Shown one piece after another: positions 1 through 10,661 of a stretch of DNA of 64,000 bases. This DNA comes from Paraspadella gotoi (Eukaryota > Animalia > Chaetognatha), in assembly GCA_051294375.1 (NCBI GenBank), contig CM119269.1, positions 21,561,665 to 21,625,664 on the forward strand, given 5' to 3'. The notes beneath the pieces were generated by a model. It was not told where the DNA came from. It did not search any database and saw only the letters and a program-made list of their open reading frames with translations. The translations under genes and the position numbers were made by a program. Each line of letters opens with the position of its first letter. Position 1 is the first letter of the stretch.

Positions 1-351
1 TCAATGCATTAAAAAGTTGATCGGATTTATAATTTTCTTTCATTTTCCTTAAAAAAACTTTTAATCCAGCAATGAAATTTTTATTATTGATACCTAATAC
101 TTTTATTAATTTACAAATTTGAATTAAAAAATGATATAAATATTTATATTTATCCAGCTTGTTACCTACACCTTTTTTAATCCAGAAGGAATAAATCTGA
201 GGGAAAATCATCAATCTTATTAAATGCCAGCAATAATTTACTTTTCATAAGCAAAGGGAAAAAACCTAATTGATATTTTTAAAGTAAAGCTTAATATTGG
301 TATATTGTTTTTCATTATTTGTATAAGATAGAAACATGACTAAAAGCTAAA

Positions 352-534
352 TAGGGAAGCCAGGTACTCTTAGAGTGAATAAACTAGACTGAGAGAGTCT
401 TGATTGAAATCTTGCAGTGACCTGCTATGTCATTATGATAATGATTATCTTGTAAGAGTGATGGAGGCCTTAAACCACCAAAGCCTGTCCAAAGTCAGGG
501 GCAAGATAGGTTATTTTTTAAATGAATGGATAAT
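352..534. mobile_element. Dispersed ~200-bp interspersed repeat (unclassified)
   Basis: Near-identical to 33323-33545 and 47239-47420 (gccaggtac...gtcttgattgaaa...ggaggccttaaaccaccaaagcctgtccaaagtcagggg); diverged inverted copy near 945-1100. Confidence 0.75.
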
Positions 535-850
535 AAGGCGTAGTGAAAGTTGCAGATCAAAATTCGAATAGTTAATCATGAAGTCTTGGACTAAAGAACA
601 TTTATATATAAAAAAATTATTTTTAAATTTCTTAATTTTCGCATACGCCTATATTTATACATTGTACTCACCATAGAAAATGTCAAAATTTAAAATTAAT
701 TTTTCTTAGTTTTAAAAATAAGAAAAAACATTTTAAAATTTTAACATGAGTACTATGTATAATACGGGAGTATGCGAAAATTGAAAAATACAAATTAATC
801 TACTATTCGAATTTTGATTCTACTTGATTTTAATATTTTTGCTACGCTTT
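535..850. mobile_element. Foldback MITE with 10-bp TSD (Mutator-like)
   Basis: Termini aaggcgtag/ctacgcttt; nested internal inverted repeats (atcaaaattcgaatag/ctattcgaattttgat; ttttcgcatac/gtatgcgaaaa); AATGGATAAT at 525-534 and 851-860. Confidence 0.75.
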
Positions 851-1218
851 AATGGATAATTACAATTTCACGGTGTAATATAGTACCTAATACATAATGA
901 AATTAATACGACAAATATACAAAATAGTAAATCCAGTGAATCAGCAACCTTGCCTCTTTGTAACTGGCTAAGTGGCTATGATGTGGGCCTCCATACTTCT
1001 TACAAGACACTAAGTAATAACTTATCAAGAAGACGGATAACCTCCATTCAAGATTCTCTCACAATCGAGTTAATAAACTTCTAAAGAACTTGGCTCAGTA
1101 ACAAGTTAAATTTGGGGTATCTGTTACAATTGGATAAATTGACCACTTTCTTAGTTATTAAATGAAAAATTAATATCGAAAATATAACAAATCTACAGTA
1201 ATGAAGAATTAATATCAG

Positions 1219-1458
1219 AGAATTTGCTCCATCGTATCCCAATTCAAGCAAGTAGGCTGGGCCACCATGGACAGCATCCTCAGCGGACTAAATCAGGCCA
1301 TCGGGTCCTGGAGAATTTTCCTGGCGGTCTTCGCCTGTTTCGCCGCGCTCTGCCTGTTCATACGAATCTGCCTTCCTCCTTCCGTCCCTTGGATGCTGGG
1401 AACTCTGCGCGCTAACGGGAACAACGATCGATGGGATAACGCCGAAGCCTCTCTCGAG
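1219..1458 (+). CDS. SLC22-like MFS transporter, internal exon (TM5-TM6); upstream exons lie outside the window
   Basis: cag|AGA...GAG|gt; reads RICSIVSQFKQVGWATMDSILSGLNQAIGSWRIFLAVFACFAALCLFIRICLPPSVPWML..., matching the SLC22 W..G / WR / LPESPRWL pattern. Confidence 0.85.
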
Positions 1459-1543
1459 GTCGTTTTGAAGGGGATCTCTGTGTGGTTTAAGAGGTCGTTG
1501 GATTTTTTTTTTACTAGGATCTCTGTTTTATGGCGGGTTCCAG

Positions 1544-1646
1544 GTTCTTTCGGATGCGTTGGCGACTCGAAAGGAATTTAAAGGAAAATCAAAGAAGGAA
1601 TTGAGGATTTTCGTTTATGAGGAACTTACCAAGCAGCAGCAGGAAG
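1544..1646 (+). CDS. SLC22-like transporter exon (central cytoplasmic loop)
   Basis: ttccag|GTT...GAAG|gtgaag; VLSDALATRKEFKGKSKKELRIFVYEELTKQQQE; phase 0 to 1. Confidence 0.7.
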
Positions 1647-1990
1647 GTGAAGGATGGGAGCAGCGAGGGCGGGAAAGGTTTTAAATAAGGGAAAAAATGT
1701 ATTTAAAATCTTGGGACTAAATAATAAAAGAAATAGGAAAGTACTTTCGGTTAAATTTTTTATTAAAATAATGCGAAAAGAGGTTTGTGATAAATCTCCG
1801 ATCAAAGAGACAAAAAAGATTTGATATTAAAAACTAAATCTTGGAATTGATATCGGAGATTTCTCCTAAATCTTGGGTCAAAAATATCAAAAAGGTTTTG
1901 CCCTCGAATAGAAAACCAGAGATTGAGCTAATCCTGACATCGACGATTTTGTGATCCTCTCCCTCCTTTCCTAAGTCGTGCGTCCCTCAG

Positions 1991-2028
1991 TGTTTGCGGC
2001 CGAAGAAGAAACTACGGCGAAGAAAAAA
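1991..2028 (+). CDS. SLC22-like transporter 38-nt micro-exon
   Basis: ccctcag|TG...AAA|gttagt; (V)FAAEEETTAKKK; phase 1 to 0 fits neighbouring exons. Confidence 0.55.
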
Positions 2029-2586
2029 GTTAGTTCTTTTTAAATCCGCCCTTTAGCCGATTGAGAAATTTGAGGTTCAGCCGATCGTTCAAAAAGTTTG
2101 AGGTTTGCGGATAAACGCCATTTGAATAACTTGACAAACTTTATGATTTTTTGCTTCAGTTACTTTGTAAATATGATTTGAAACAATGATGAACTTGACA
2201 AGGAGAATAGTCCGATCCCGGCTCTCCTTCAGTTCCTTAAACCCCAAACTTGATTTCAATATTTAACCATATTTTATTATTAAACCCAAAAAACTAATTC
2301 CTTTCGGAGACTCTCGTCACAAAGAATTAAGTCGTTGATTCGATTTAGTTAATTTTATAATAACTACTTAAAAAGTCAATAACAAAGGCAAAAGAGTACT
2401 ACGTTTCACCAACGTATTACAAAAATATTCAAATCAATAATAAAAAGGAGATACAACGAGGTTAAAATGTAGTTTATAACAATACTTTGGACGTCTTTTA
2501 AAAAGGGAGAAAAAAGGTGGCTTTAGTTCTTGGCTTGAAATTCGCATGAGAGAAACTTAACAAAGGTAAGGAGAAAAAAAGGTCAG

Positions 2587-2633
2587 CTGCCGCCGACGAC
2601 GACGACGACGACGACGACGACTGAAGTTTCACG
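2587..2633 (+). CDS. SLC22-like transporter 47-nt micro-exon (poly-Thr)
   Basis: gtcag|CTG...CG|gtgaaa; LPPTTTTTTTTTEVS(R); phase 0 to 2, as required by the next exon. Confidence 0.5.
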
Positions 2634-2849
2634 GTGAAAAGGATTCTTTGTGACTGAGGTTATCTTGATGACTGAGGTCAACTTGAGTCGCCAGATCCTG
2701 ACCATAATACCTAACCCTCACCCTCATCCTAACCCTAAACCATAATTCTCTACCCCTAAACCTAATCTTTGACCATAGATCCTAATACAAATACAGACAA
2801 TGGAGACAGTAATAATTGTTATTAGTTAGTGACAGAACCGTTCAATATA

Positions 2850-2973
2850 AGCAGTCCCTGAGTTTCGGATCAGGCTGTAACACCGTGTTACAGGCGTGTC
2901 CCTCTTAACTGCTAGGCGACCACCGGACCTTTGTGTTGGGAGGCGAATGACTTGCCTCCGCACCAATGGCCGC
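2850..2973 (-). other. GC-rich structured intronic element, partly tRNA-like (SINE head or ncRNA)
   Basis: Several nested stems; G-U pairs favour folding on the minus strand; A-box-like GCCTAGCAGTTAAG and T-arm-like CCTGA-TCCGAAAC-TCAGG. Confidence 0.4.
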
Positions 2974-3046
2974 TGATGAAAAAAAAATAAAAAATTCGGA
3001 ATTTAAGATGAAACGGGTAGTGATGAAAAAATAAGACCAAATTCAG

Positions 3047-3308
3047 TTCGTCATCCTCCTGCTCCTCTTCCTCCTCCTCCTCCTCCTCCTCCTCCAAGTG
3101 CTGCTCCTGCTCCCTTCTCCCTACACCCCCCGCCTCCGACGCCCGCCTCGTCGCCCGCCTCATCTTAATCCTCGGCTACTTGAACGCCGCCTCAACCGTC
3201 TACTATTTTTGTCTCAACTTTTTGGCGGGAAAATTCAAAGTCTTCGACACGTCGCCGGACATCGGGATCGATAGAGACTACGAGAGTGTCGAAAAGTATC
3301 TGGAGAAG
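3047..3308 (+). CDS. SLC22-like transporter exon (poly-Ser, TM7)
   Basis: attcag|T...AAG|gtggtt; ...SDARLVARLILILGYLNAASTVYYFCLNFLAGKF..., corresponding to the SLC22 S..YYGL.LN motif. Confidence 0.85.
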
Positions 3309-3513
3309 GTGGTTTTGGGGGGGGGGGATTTGAGGTGGTTTTGGGGATGGCGTGGTCAAAGGATAGGGTGGAGCGTTGGGAGATAAGGTGGTTTGCATAA
3401 TTTAAGTGATTAAGTGAAAGTGATTAGGGGAACGAGGTGGTGAAAGGAAAAGGTAGATGGGAGTCAAGGTGAATGTAACAAGTGGTTGGAGGACAAGATG
3501 GTTGGGCAATTGA

Positions 3514-3610
3514 AAGGGTCAGGGTCTAGAGATGGGTCAGGGGCAAGAAATTGGGTCAGGGTCTAGAAATGGATCAGGGGCAAGAAATGGGTCAGGGTCT
3601 AGAAATGGGT
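3514..3610. repeat. ~18-bp tandem repeat (gggtcagggtctagaaat)
   Basis: About 5 direct copies visible in an intron. Confidence 0.8.
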
Positions 3611-3798
3611 ATGATTTCTAGTTAACAAGTTATAAGCGAAAGTAAGCTTTCTACGAAAGTGAGAATTTTCCACCGAGGGAAAATGATATTAAAGAAGAGA
3701 GTTTGTTATCCATCGGAAGAGCAATCGATACTGAGTAATAGTATCAGTATAAAATGTGACAATTCCTTTCCTAATTTTCACTACCCATCCTTCACGAG

Positions 3799-3920
3799 GC
3801 TGCCGACGTGAACTTCAACAAGTACAGAAACGTGAATCTTAATCAATTTCTCTTTTCCATCTTCGAATTTCCGGGAATTTTAATTTTTTGGATCACGGCT
3901 AAGAAAATGAAAAGGAGGAG
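3799..3920 (+). CDS. SLC22-like transporter exon (TM8)
   Basis: AADVNFNKYRNVNLNQFLFSIFEFPGILIFWITAKKMKRR (N..L....E.P ... GRR equivalent); cacgag acceptor with ctaat 24 nt upstream; donor gtgaat. Confidence 0.85.
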
Positions 3921-3923
3921 GTG

Positions 3924-3967
<44 letters not shown>

Positions 3968-4060
3968 AGAGAAAGAGAAGAGAGAGAGAGGAGAGAGAGA
4001 AGGAGTGAAATTAGAGAAAGAAAGAAAGAAAGAAAAGAAGAAAATGAAAAGGAGGAGGTG

Positions 4061-4132
<72 letters not shown>

Positions 4133-4194
4133 AGGAGTGAAAATAGAGAAAGAAAAGAAGAAAAGAAAAGAAAGAAAATGAAAAGGAGGAGGTG

Positions 4195-4285
<91 letters not shown>

Positions 4286-4325
4286 GAGTGAAGAGAGAAG
4301 GAGTGAAATAGAGAAAGAAAGAAAG
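3901..4325 (+). repeat. ~135-bp tandem triplication including the exon end, donor site and (GA)n
   Basis: aagaaaatgaaaaggaggag|gtgaatggaa(ga)n at 3901, 4038 and 4172. Confidence 0.85.
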
Positions 4326-4363
4326 AATGAGATGCGGTCAACCCATCTTCTTCCCCCCTTCAG

Positions 4364-4581
4364 ACTGGGTTCCCTGATGTTCCTCATGTCCAGCCTTCCC
4401 ATGCTGGTGCTGGCCACGTGCCATACGATTCTCGGCGCTGCGCTGCCGGATATGGTGCTGCTGTTGCTCAGCCTTCTTGGAAAGTTCTTCATTGTGCCGA
4501 CAACGATGTGCTACATCGGGTTGGTTCCTACGGAAGTCTTTCCTACGAAGAACCGAGCGACTTTCATGTCGGCGGTTATCG
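4364..4581 (+). CDS. SLC22-like transporter exon (TM9-TM10)
   Basis: pyrimidine tract + cag; ...LSLLGKFFIVPTTMCYIGLVPTEVFPTKNRATFMSAVI, the canonical GK and E.FPT..R motifs. Confidence 0.92.
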
Positions 4582-5053
4582 GTGATGGAACAAGTGTTGT
4601 TGTTGTTGTTTTTTGTTGTCGTTGTTCTTCTTTTCAAAGGCTAAAAGCAGACTAAGTTTGTTATACAAATTTAAAACTTAAACTTGATTTGATATCAATG
4701 ACCTTCATTAATTTTCTCTGACCCCATTTCACATATTTTGACCTTTTTTGACCCGATATAACCTTCTTTGACTTCTTTTGACCCGATTTGACTTTATTTT
4801 ACGGTTTTTAACTTCTTTTGACCCCATTTAACGTTTTATGACTTCTTTTGACAACATTTGACCTTAATTGACTTCCTTTGACCCCATTTGACAACCTATT
4901 TGACTTACATTGATTTTCTTTGACATAATTCCACCAATTTTGAATTCTTTTGACCAATTTGACCTTTGTTGAAGTCTTTTGACCCCAATCACCACATTGA
5001 GAATTTTTTGACCTTCTCTTACCCCATTTGATCTTAGTTAATCTTCTTTGCAG

Positions 5054-5190
5054 GAATCGGCAGATTGGCCCAGATCCCTGCCATGTACAGTCCCGATTTG
5101 TATCAATATTATCCTTACGCGGTGGAATTGATCCTTGGACTCTTAACGCTGCTTGGATCTTTGCTAGTATTTTGCTTGCCGGAGACGAAA
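5054..5190 (+). CDS. SLC22-like transporter exon (TM11-TM12)
   Basis: ttgcag|GA...AAA|gtaaag; GIGRLAQIPAMYSPDL...LGSLLVFCLPETK (LPETK signature). Confidence 0.92.
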
Positions 5191-5569
5191 GTAAAGAAAG
5201 GAGAGAAAAGAGATAAAGCAATGGGGAAATGAAATTAAATAGGAAGAAGAAAGGATAAATTGTAAAAAGAAAAGTTTATAGAAAATACTTTTAAAGAAAA
5301 GAAAAAGGATGAATAGAAAAGAGAGGAGAGAAAAGTAAAGAAATAAGAAATTGGGAGAAGAAAAAATGGAAAGATAAAACAAAAGAAAGCGGGGTATTAA
5401 TACAGTAAAACTTAAGAGCGGGAATTAAACCTTAATGAGTTTGTGGTTAAACCCGTGCACGTGTGTGGACTCTGAAGATTACCCAAAGCAATTCTTAACA
5501 AGGGTGCCAGGGATAGTGTTCAATATTTTTTTCCTAAATTGTAAAATTTCATAATTAACAATTTTTCAG

Positions 5570-5692
5570 GACAAATCTTTGCCGCAAAATTTGGACGACG
5601 TTCGTCTGCTTTACCGAAAATCGATCGCGAAGAACGAAAACACGCGCATTGCCGATTCAACTTATGAATCTCCCTTCATCGTTTCGCTTTAG
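5570..5692 (+). CDS. SLC22-like transporter terminal coding exon
   Basis: ttttcag|GAC; DKSLPQNLDDVRLLYRKSIAKNENTRIADSTYESPFIVSL*, continuing PETK...LP..+.D. Confidence 0.88.
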   Translation, partial: DKSLPQNLDDVRLLYRKSIAKNENTRIADSTYESPFIVSL

Positions 5693-6142
5693 TTCATCTT
5701 TATTTTCCTTTTTTTCCCTTTATTTCCTCGTTCCTTCTCTGTTCTTTTCTTTTTTCTCTTTTATTTTCTCGTTCCTCCTTTTTTCTTTCCTTTTTTTTCC
5801 CTTTATTTCCTCGTTCCTCCTTTTTTCTTTCCTTTTTTCTCTTTTGTTTTCTCGTTCCTCCTTTTTTCTTTCCTTTTTTTCCCCTTTATTTCCTCGTTCC
5901 TCCTTTTTTCTTTCTTTTTTCTCCTTTATTTCCTCGTTGCTCCTTTTTTCTTTCCTTTTTCCTATTTTATTCCCTCGTTTCTCCTTTTTCCTCCGCCATT
6001 TTATTTTTGTGTTTCGCTGTTGCTTTCGTAGAAAATTGCGTGAAAAAAAAAGAAAAACAATAAATTCTGTTTTTTCTCATTAACGATATCGCGAGTTAAA
6101 ACAATGCGATTCGCACCTCGGGAGTTGAAAAAAACTGGGAGG

Positions 6143-6198
<56 letters not shown>

Positions 6199-6753
6199 AG
6201 AGAGAGAGGAGAGAGAGAGCGAGTGCGAGAGAGAGAGTCACGCGCTCACAGCTACGGGTTCTCCGCGCCGATTGTGACAGAGAAAGATACGACGCCATTC
6301 ACTACGGGGAGGCCGCGAGATGACGCTGGTCACGCCTCGTTTCTCACCGACGTTAATCACCTTTTAAAGGCTGAGTTATCGTCTATTGTTTCGATGGCGC
6401 TCGCGCCGACGCCGCCGCCGCCGCCGCTGCTGCCGCCGCCGCCGCCGCTACCGCCGCCCCCAAACCGTTTTTTAAAAAATTTAATACCAAAAACAGTATT
6501 AACATAATCATAAACAGTAACAGTGTAAAAGACAGGAAAACTAAACTACGTATTGTAATTCAATAAAAACAAAAGGGGGGAAGTGGGGCGTCGATGCACG
6601 GGGTCGGGGGGGAAGTGAGGTGGGGGGATGGGGAAGTGGGGCATCGACACGACGGATCTAAAGGGAATCGTTAATACCTGCGTTTTAATGGCGACGGCGA
6701 CTTTTAATTTTTTTCTTTCTTGCACGATTAAAAAAAAAAAGAAAGAAAAGAAC

Positions 6754-7466
6754 TTTTTAGTCGGATCTGCTTATCAGCAGATTCCGACTCTATAATTCAC
6801 TTTGTCGGTCCGTCGGTCCCACCCCAAAATATTGTCGGTAAATCATTATTATCATATCAGAAACTCGAATTATGATAAATTATGCAAAAAAATGATGTCC
6901 GTCCGTCCGTCCGTCCGTCCGTCTGTCCGTCCCCCCTTAGCAAAAAACTCCAATTACTCGTGATTGGATGGATAGATTGGTATGAAATTTTGTGTGTGGG
7001 TAGGAAACTGTTTGATTGAGATGGATATGAAGTTTTGATGGAATCGTGCGAGTTGAAATTGGTCTAAATGGAAAAAACACAAAAATATATTTCACTATTT
7101 GAACGCCAATTGCTCATGAGTGGATAGGGCAAATGACTTGAAATTTTGTATGATGGTAAGAAAGTGTGTGATTGAGCTGGATATAAAGTTTAGATGGAAT
7201 CGTGCGAGTGGAAATGAGTTAAAATGGAAAAAACAAAAGTCATATTTACTTGAAATATTTTTACTTAAATTTACTCATAATTATTATGTTTATTAAAAAT
7301 TGGATAGATAAATTGAAAGTGAATTTTGTGTGTGGGTAGGAAAGTATGTGATAAAGCTGGATAATTGGATATAAATTTATCGTAGGAGTGGAAAAGAGTT
7401 CCAATTAGAAAACCAAAAAACACATTTATTTGAATTTTTTAAAGTTTCTCTCTCTCTATCTCCCTC

Positions 7467-7497
<31 letters not shown>

Positions 7498-8036
7498 CCA
7501 AATTATGCCAATTAACAAAAATATGCCAGTTGACAAAATTCTGCAAGTAGACCAAATTCTGCAAGTTATGCCAATTGAAAAAAATATGCCAGTTGACCAA
7601 ATTATGCCTGTTGACCAAATTATACCAGTTGACCAAATTATGCCAGTTGACCAAATTATACCAGTTGACCAAATTATGCCAGTTGACCAAATTATGCCAG
7701 TTGATAAAATTATGCCAGTTGATAAAATTATGCCAGTTGACCAAATTATGCCGGTTGACCAAATTATGCCGGTTGACCAAATTATCTTAATTGACCAAAT
7801 TAGGTCAGTTGATCAAATTATGTCAGTTAACCAAATTATGTCAGTTAAACAAATTAAGTCAGTTGACCAAATTATGTCAATTTACCAAATTATGTCAGTA
7901 GACCAAATTATGTCAATTAACCAAATTATGTCAGTTGACCAAATTATGCAAGTTGATTAAAATAAGCAAGTTGACCAAGTTAGCTTATTACCACTTAATT
8001 ATCGTAGGCAGATCCGACATTGTTTGCTCAAACTTT
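6754..8036 (+). mobile_element. DINE-1/HINE-like non-autonomous Helentron-type element, family A
   Basis: T-rich ends; 5' inverted pair AGTCGGATCTGCT/AGCAGATTCCGACT; (GTCC)n microsatellite; 3' subTIR GCAGATCCGAC followed by short hairpin GTTTG-CT-CAAAC. Confidence 0.75.
7490..7980. repeat. 18-bp minisatellite (gttgaccaaattatgcca) inside the HINE-like element
   Basis: More than 20 tandem units; source of the VDQIMP-repeat ORFs. Confidence 0.9.
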
Positions 8037-9542
8037 ATTTTTATTATTTCGTGTTTTTGCGTCGCGGGAAAAGAGAAGAAAAAAGTCAACACGAGAAAAA
8101 CGATAGCGATTAACGTTTTTAAAAAAAAACAATATGGAGTCTATGACTGAACGGTTATCGCGGCATTCCTTTATTTATTTTTTTTATTTATCATCATTTA
8201 TTATCTCGATTTTGGTTTTGGTTCGGTACAGCTTATTTGTGACGTCGTCGTCGGCGTCGTCACGCTTTTTTTAATATAGTTTTACTTGGGGCTTACATTT
8301 TTTTAAAAATAAAAATTATTACAAATTACGATGGATTTTTATAAAAGTGTGCGATCATAGTAAGTTTTTTAATATTTTTTGTTTGAATTTTTTGTTATTT
8401 TGATTTACTGCATTATGCAAATTATTTATATAATATGCAAATTAGAATATAGAATACTATATTCTAATTTGAATATTGCAGTAAATCATATTGAAGAGGA
8501 AATTTATTCAAATAATACTTAAATTGATATGAAACATATGATTTTAAAAGATCTTGATGATGAGAAACTATATTTAAATTTTAATACATATAAAAATATA
8601 TACTTTTACAACTTCCAATTATAAACAAATGTATTTATAGATCAACAAAAAATCAATAACCACACTAGATCTCTCTTAACGACTTCTTCTATTTGAATTT
8701 TCTTTGTCTGCTCTATACTTTGGAACCATAAAAACAAAACAAAAATTACCTGAATAAAACTCACAAGAGCGATCAAATGAGAGAGTATTATTGCCTTTTA
8801 GGCGGTGTTTGAACCTAAGAATTATTAATAATAACTTTATTATAATACTGATTAAATTTAATTAAACTTACTTATTTACTTATTTATTGGTAAATTTTTT
8901 TGTTATTTGGCTTAACCTTAACCCCATCTCATATTAAACATGGCAAGTAAGTTTACTTTTCTTAACTTTGAAGTTTTATTAAATAAACCTTTATAATACT
9001 TAGTAATAAAGGTTAATAAGTAAATATAAAACATAACAAAGACATTTTTTTTTCTTATTTATAGAATTTTTTTTTTATAAAAATTATTTTTTAAATAAAC
9101 TCTTGGAAAAAATAAATAAATCTAAATTCAGGTAAAATACTATTTATTACCTTTCATTAAATACGTATCTGAATTTATTTAATATGACCTGGTCTTTTGC
9201 CGTTTTTATCGCTTTTTCACCTTTTTTAGTGAGAATCTCTATTGTGAAAATCATTCAAATTATATTATTACTTAAGAAAAGGTTTTGCAGAATCTAAAGA
9301 TAATATTTTTTAAAAACTTATTTTACTATTTTCATTTCACCAATAATTTATTTATCCAAAACATTTATTCATGATTTGATACTTATTTAATATTTACGTC
9401 ATTTTAAAATCTTTGCTTTAAATTAAAAGCAGCTATATAAAAATAGAATATAAGAAAGAGTTTGGAGAAAGACAAAGTTTATTTGTTTATGTACAACGAT
9501 TTATNNNNNNNNNNNNNNNNNNNNNNNNNTATTTTTACATAG

Positions 9543-9580
9543 GACATGTTTCCGGCTTTAAGGTATAAAGCCTTCATCAG
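9543..9580 (-). ncRNA. Minimal type I hammerhead ribozyme motif (Penelope-like element type)
   Basis: Minus strand reads CTGATGA-A-GGCTTTA-tacct-TAAAGCC-g-GAAAC-AT-GTC; palindromic ACATGT helix III; helix I pairing is poor. Confidence 0.75.
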
Positions 9581-10618
9581 GCGTTTGATTAATCAGACAA
9601 ATTTTTCTCTTAACATTGAGTCAGAGAGAGAGAGAGAGAGAGATTGAAGAGAGAGAGAGAGAGAGAGACAGAGAGAGAGAGAAAGAGAGAGAGGAGATAA
9701 AGCTTCCAACAAAGGTGAGACTAAGGACAGTGGTCAGATTGAAGGACAGGTGAAAGGTAAGGAGAGAGAAGAGGAAAGTGTTGAAATGTGAATAGTGAAA
9801 ATTTGAAGAGACAGAGAGAGAGAAAATATTTACATTTTTTTGTAATGTACAACAAGATAAAGGAAAAATAATTCAATAAACAACAAAAAAATATACTTAA
9901 TGCTTAAACTAGTAGATTTAACTGAGAATATTTTAACTAGTTTTGTTAATGTAAGATTTGAAATAAAAGAAAGAGAAAAGAAGAATAGTGTGGTTAGGGA
10001 TAAGCTAAGTTGTAGAATTAGAGAAAATAAAGAAAGAGCTTCAAAATGAGCTTGGCCCCCCCCCCGGCCTGGCAAAGCAGGACGTTGATGATATATCGGG
10101 TTCATTGACTATTGTACATGGGCTGAGAGGGTAATGTCTGAGTCCGAGATTGTCCAGGATCTGGTAACGAGCCGCCTGGAAAAAAATGCCAATGCCATCC
10201 TGATATCACTACTGGACTGATAGCCATGCCGAAGTCCCTCCTCTCCGCCTGACTGGCAAGGCGGGCATAATGCCTGTTCTGGCCTGATTTGCTGGCAGGA
10301 TGAATACAGACTCCTCTTCCCTCTCCATGCCAGAATTCACTGTTTTTGTCTCTCTCTCTCTCTCTCATACCAAGTTTCTTTTCAATATATCGTCTTCTCC
10401 TCTCTAGGTCTAAACGTACCTGACCTCAACTTTAACCAACTGTCAAAATCTTTATTGGTAACTTTTCCCTCTCTCTTCTTTCTCTCTCCTCTCTCTCTCC
10501 TCCTCTCCTATAACTCTCTCTCCTCTCTCTCCTCTCCTCGTCTTCTCTCTCTCTCTCTCTCTGACACCACACACTAACATTTTCCTGTAGATTTGAAATT
10601 GTCTGCTCAATTCAACAG

Positions 10619-10661
10619 AGTGCTGATGAAGACTTGAATCAAAAGTCGAAAACTGTCCACT
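10619..10661 (+). ncRNA. Minimal type I hammerhead ribozyme motif, copy 1
   Basis: AGTG-CTGATGA-A-GACTT-gaatcaa-AAGTC-GAAAAC-TGTC-CACT; helix I AGTG/CACT, helix II GACTT/AAGTC. Confidence 0.75.

Noticed and set aside
2973-2979. CTGATGA as a hammerhead core or snoRNA box
   Set aside because: Followed by poly-A with no helix II/GAAA and no properly placed partner box.
6223-6507. Pro-rich ORF downstream of the SLC22 gene
   Set aside because: Driven by a (GCC)n tract with no recognisable domain or linkable exons; coding status cannot be supported.
7490-7960. VDQIMP-repeat protein ORF
   Set aside because: An 18-bp minisatellite inside a non-autonomous element, open in several frames on both strands only because the unit length is a multiple of 3.
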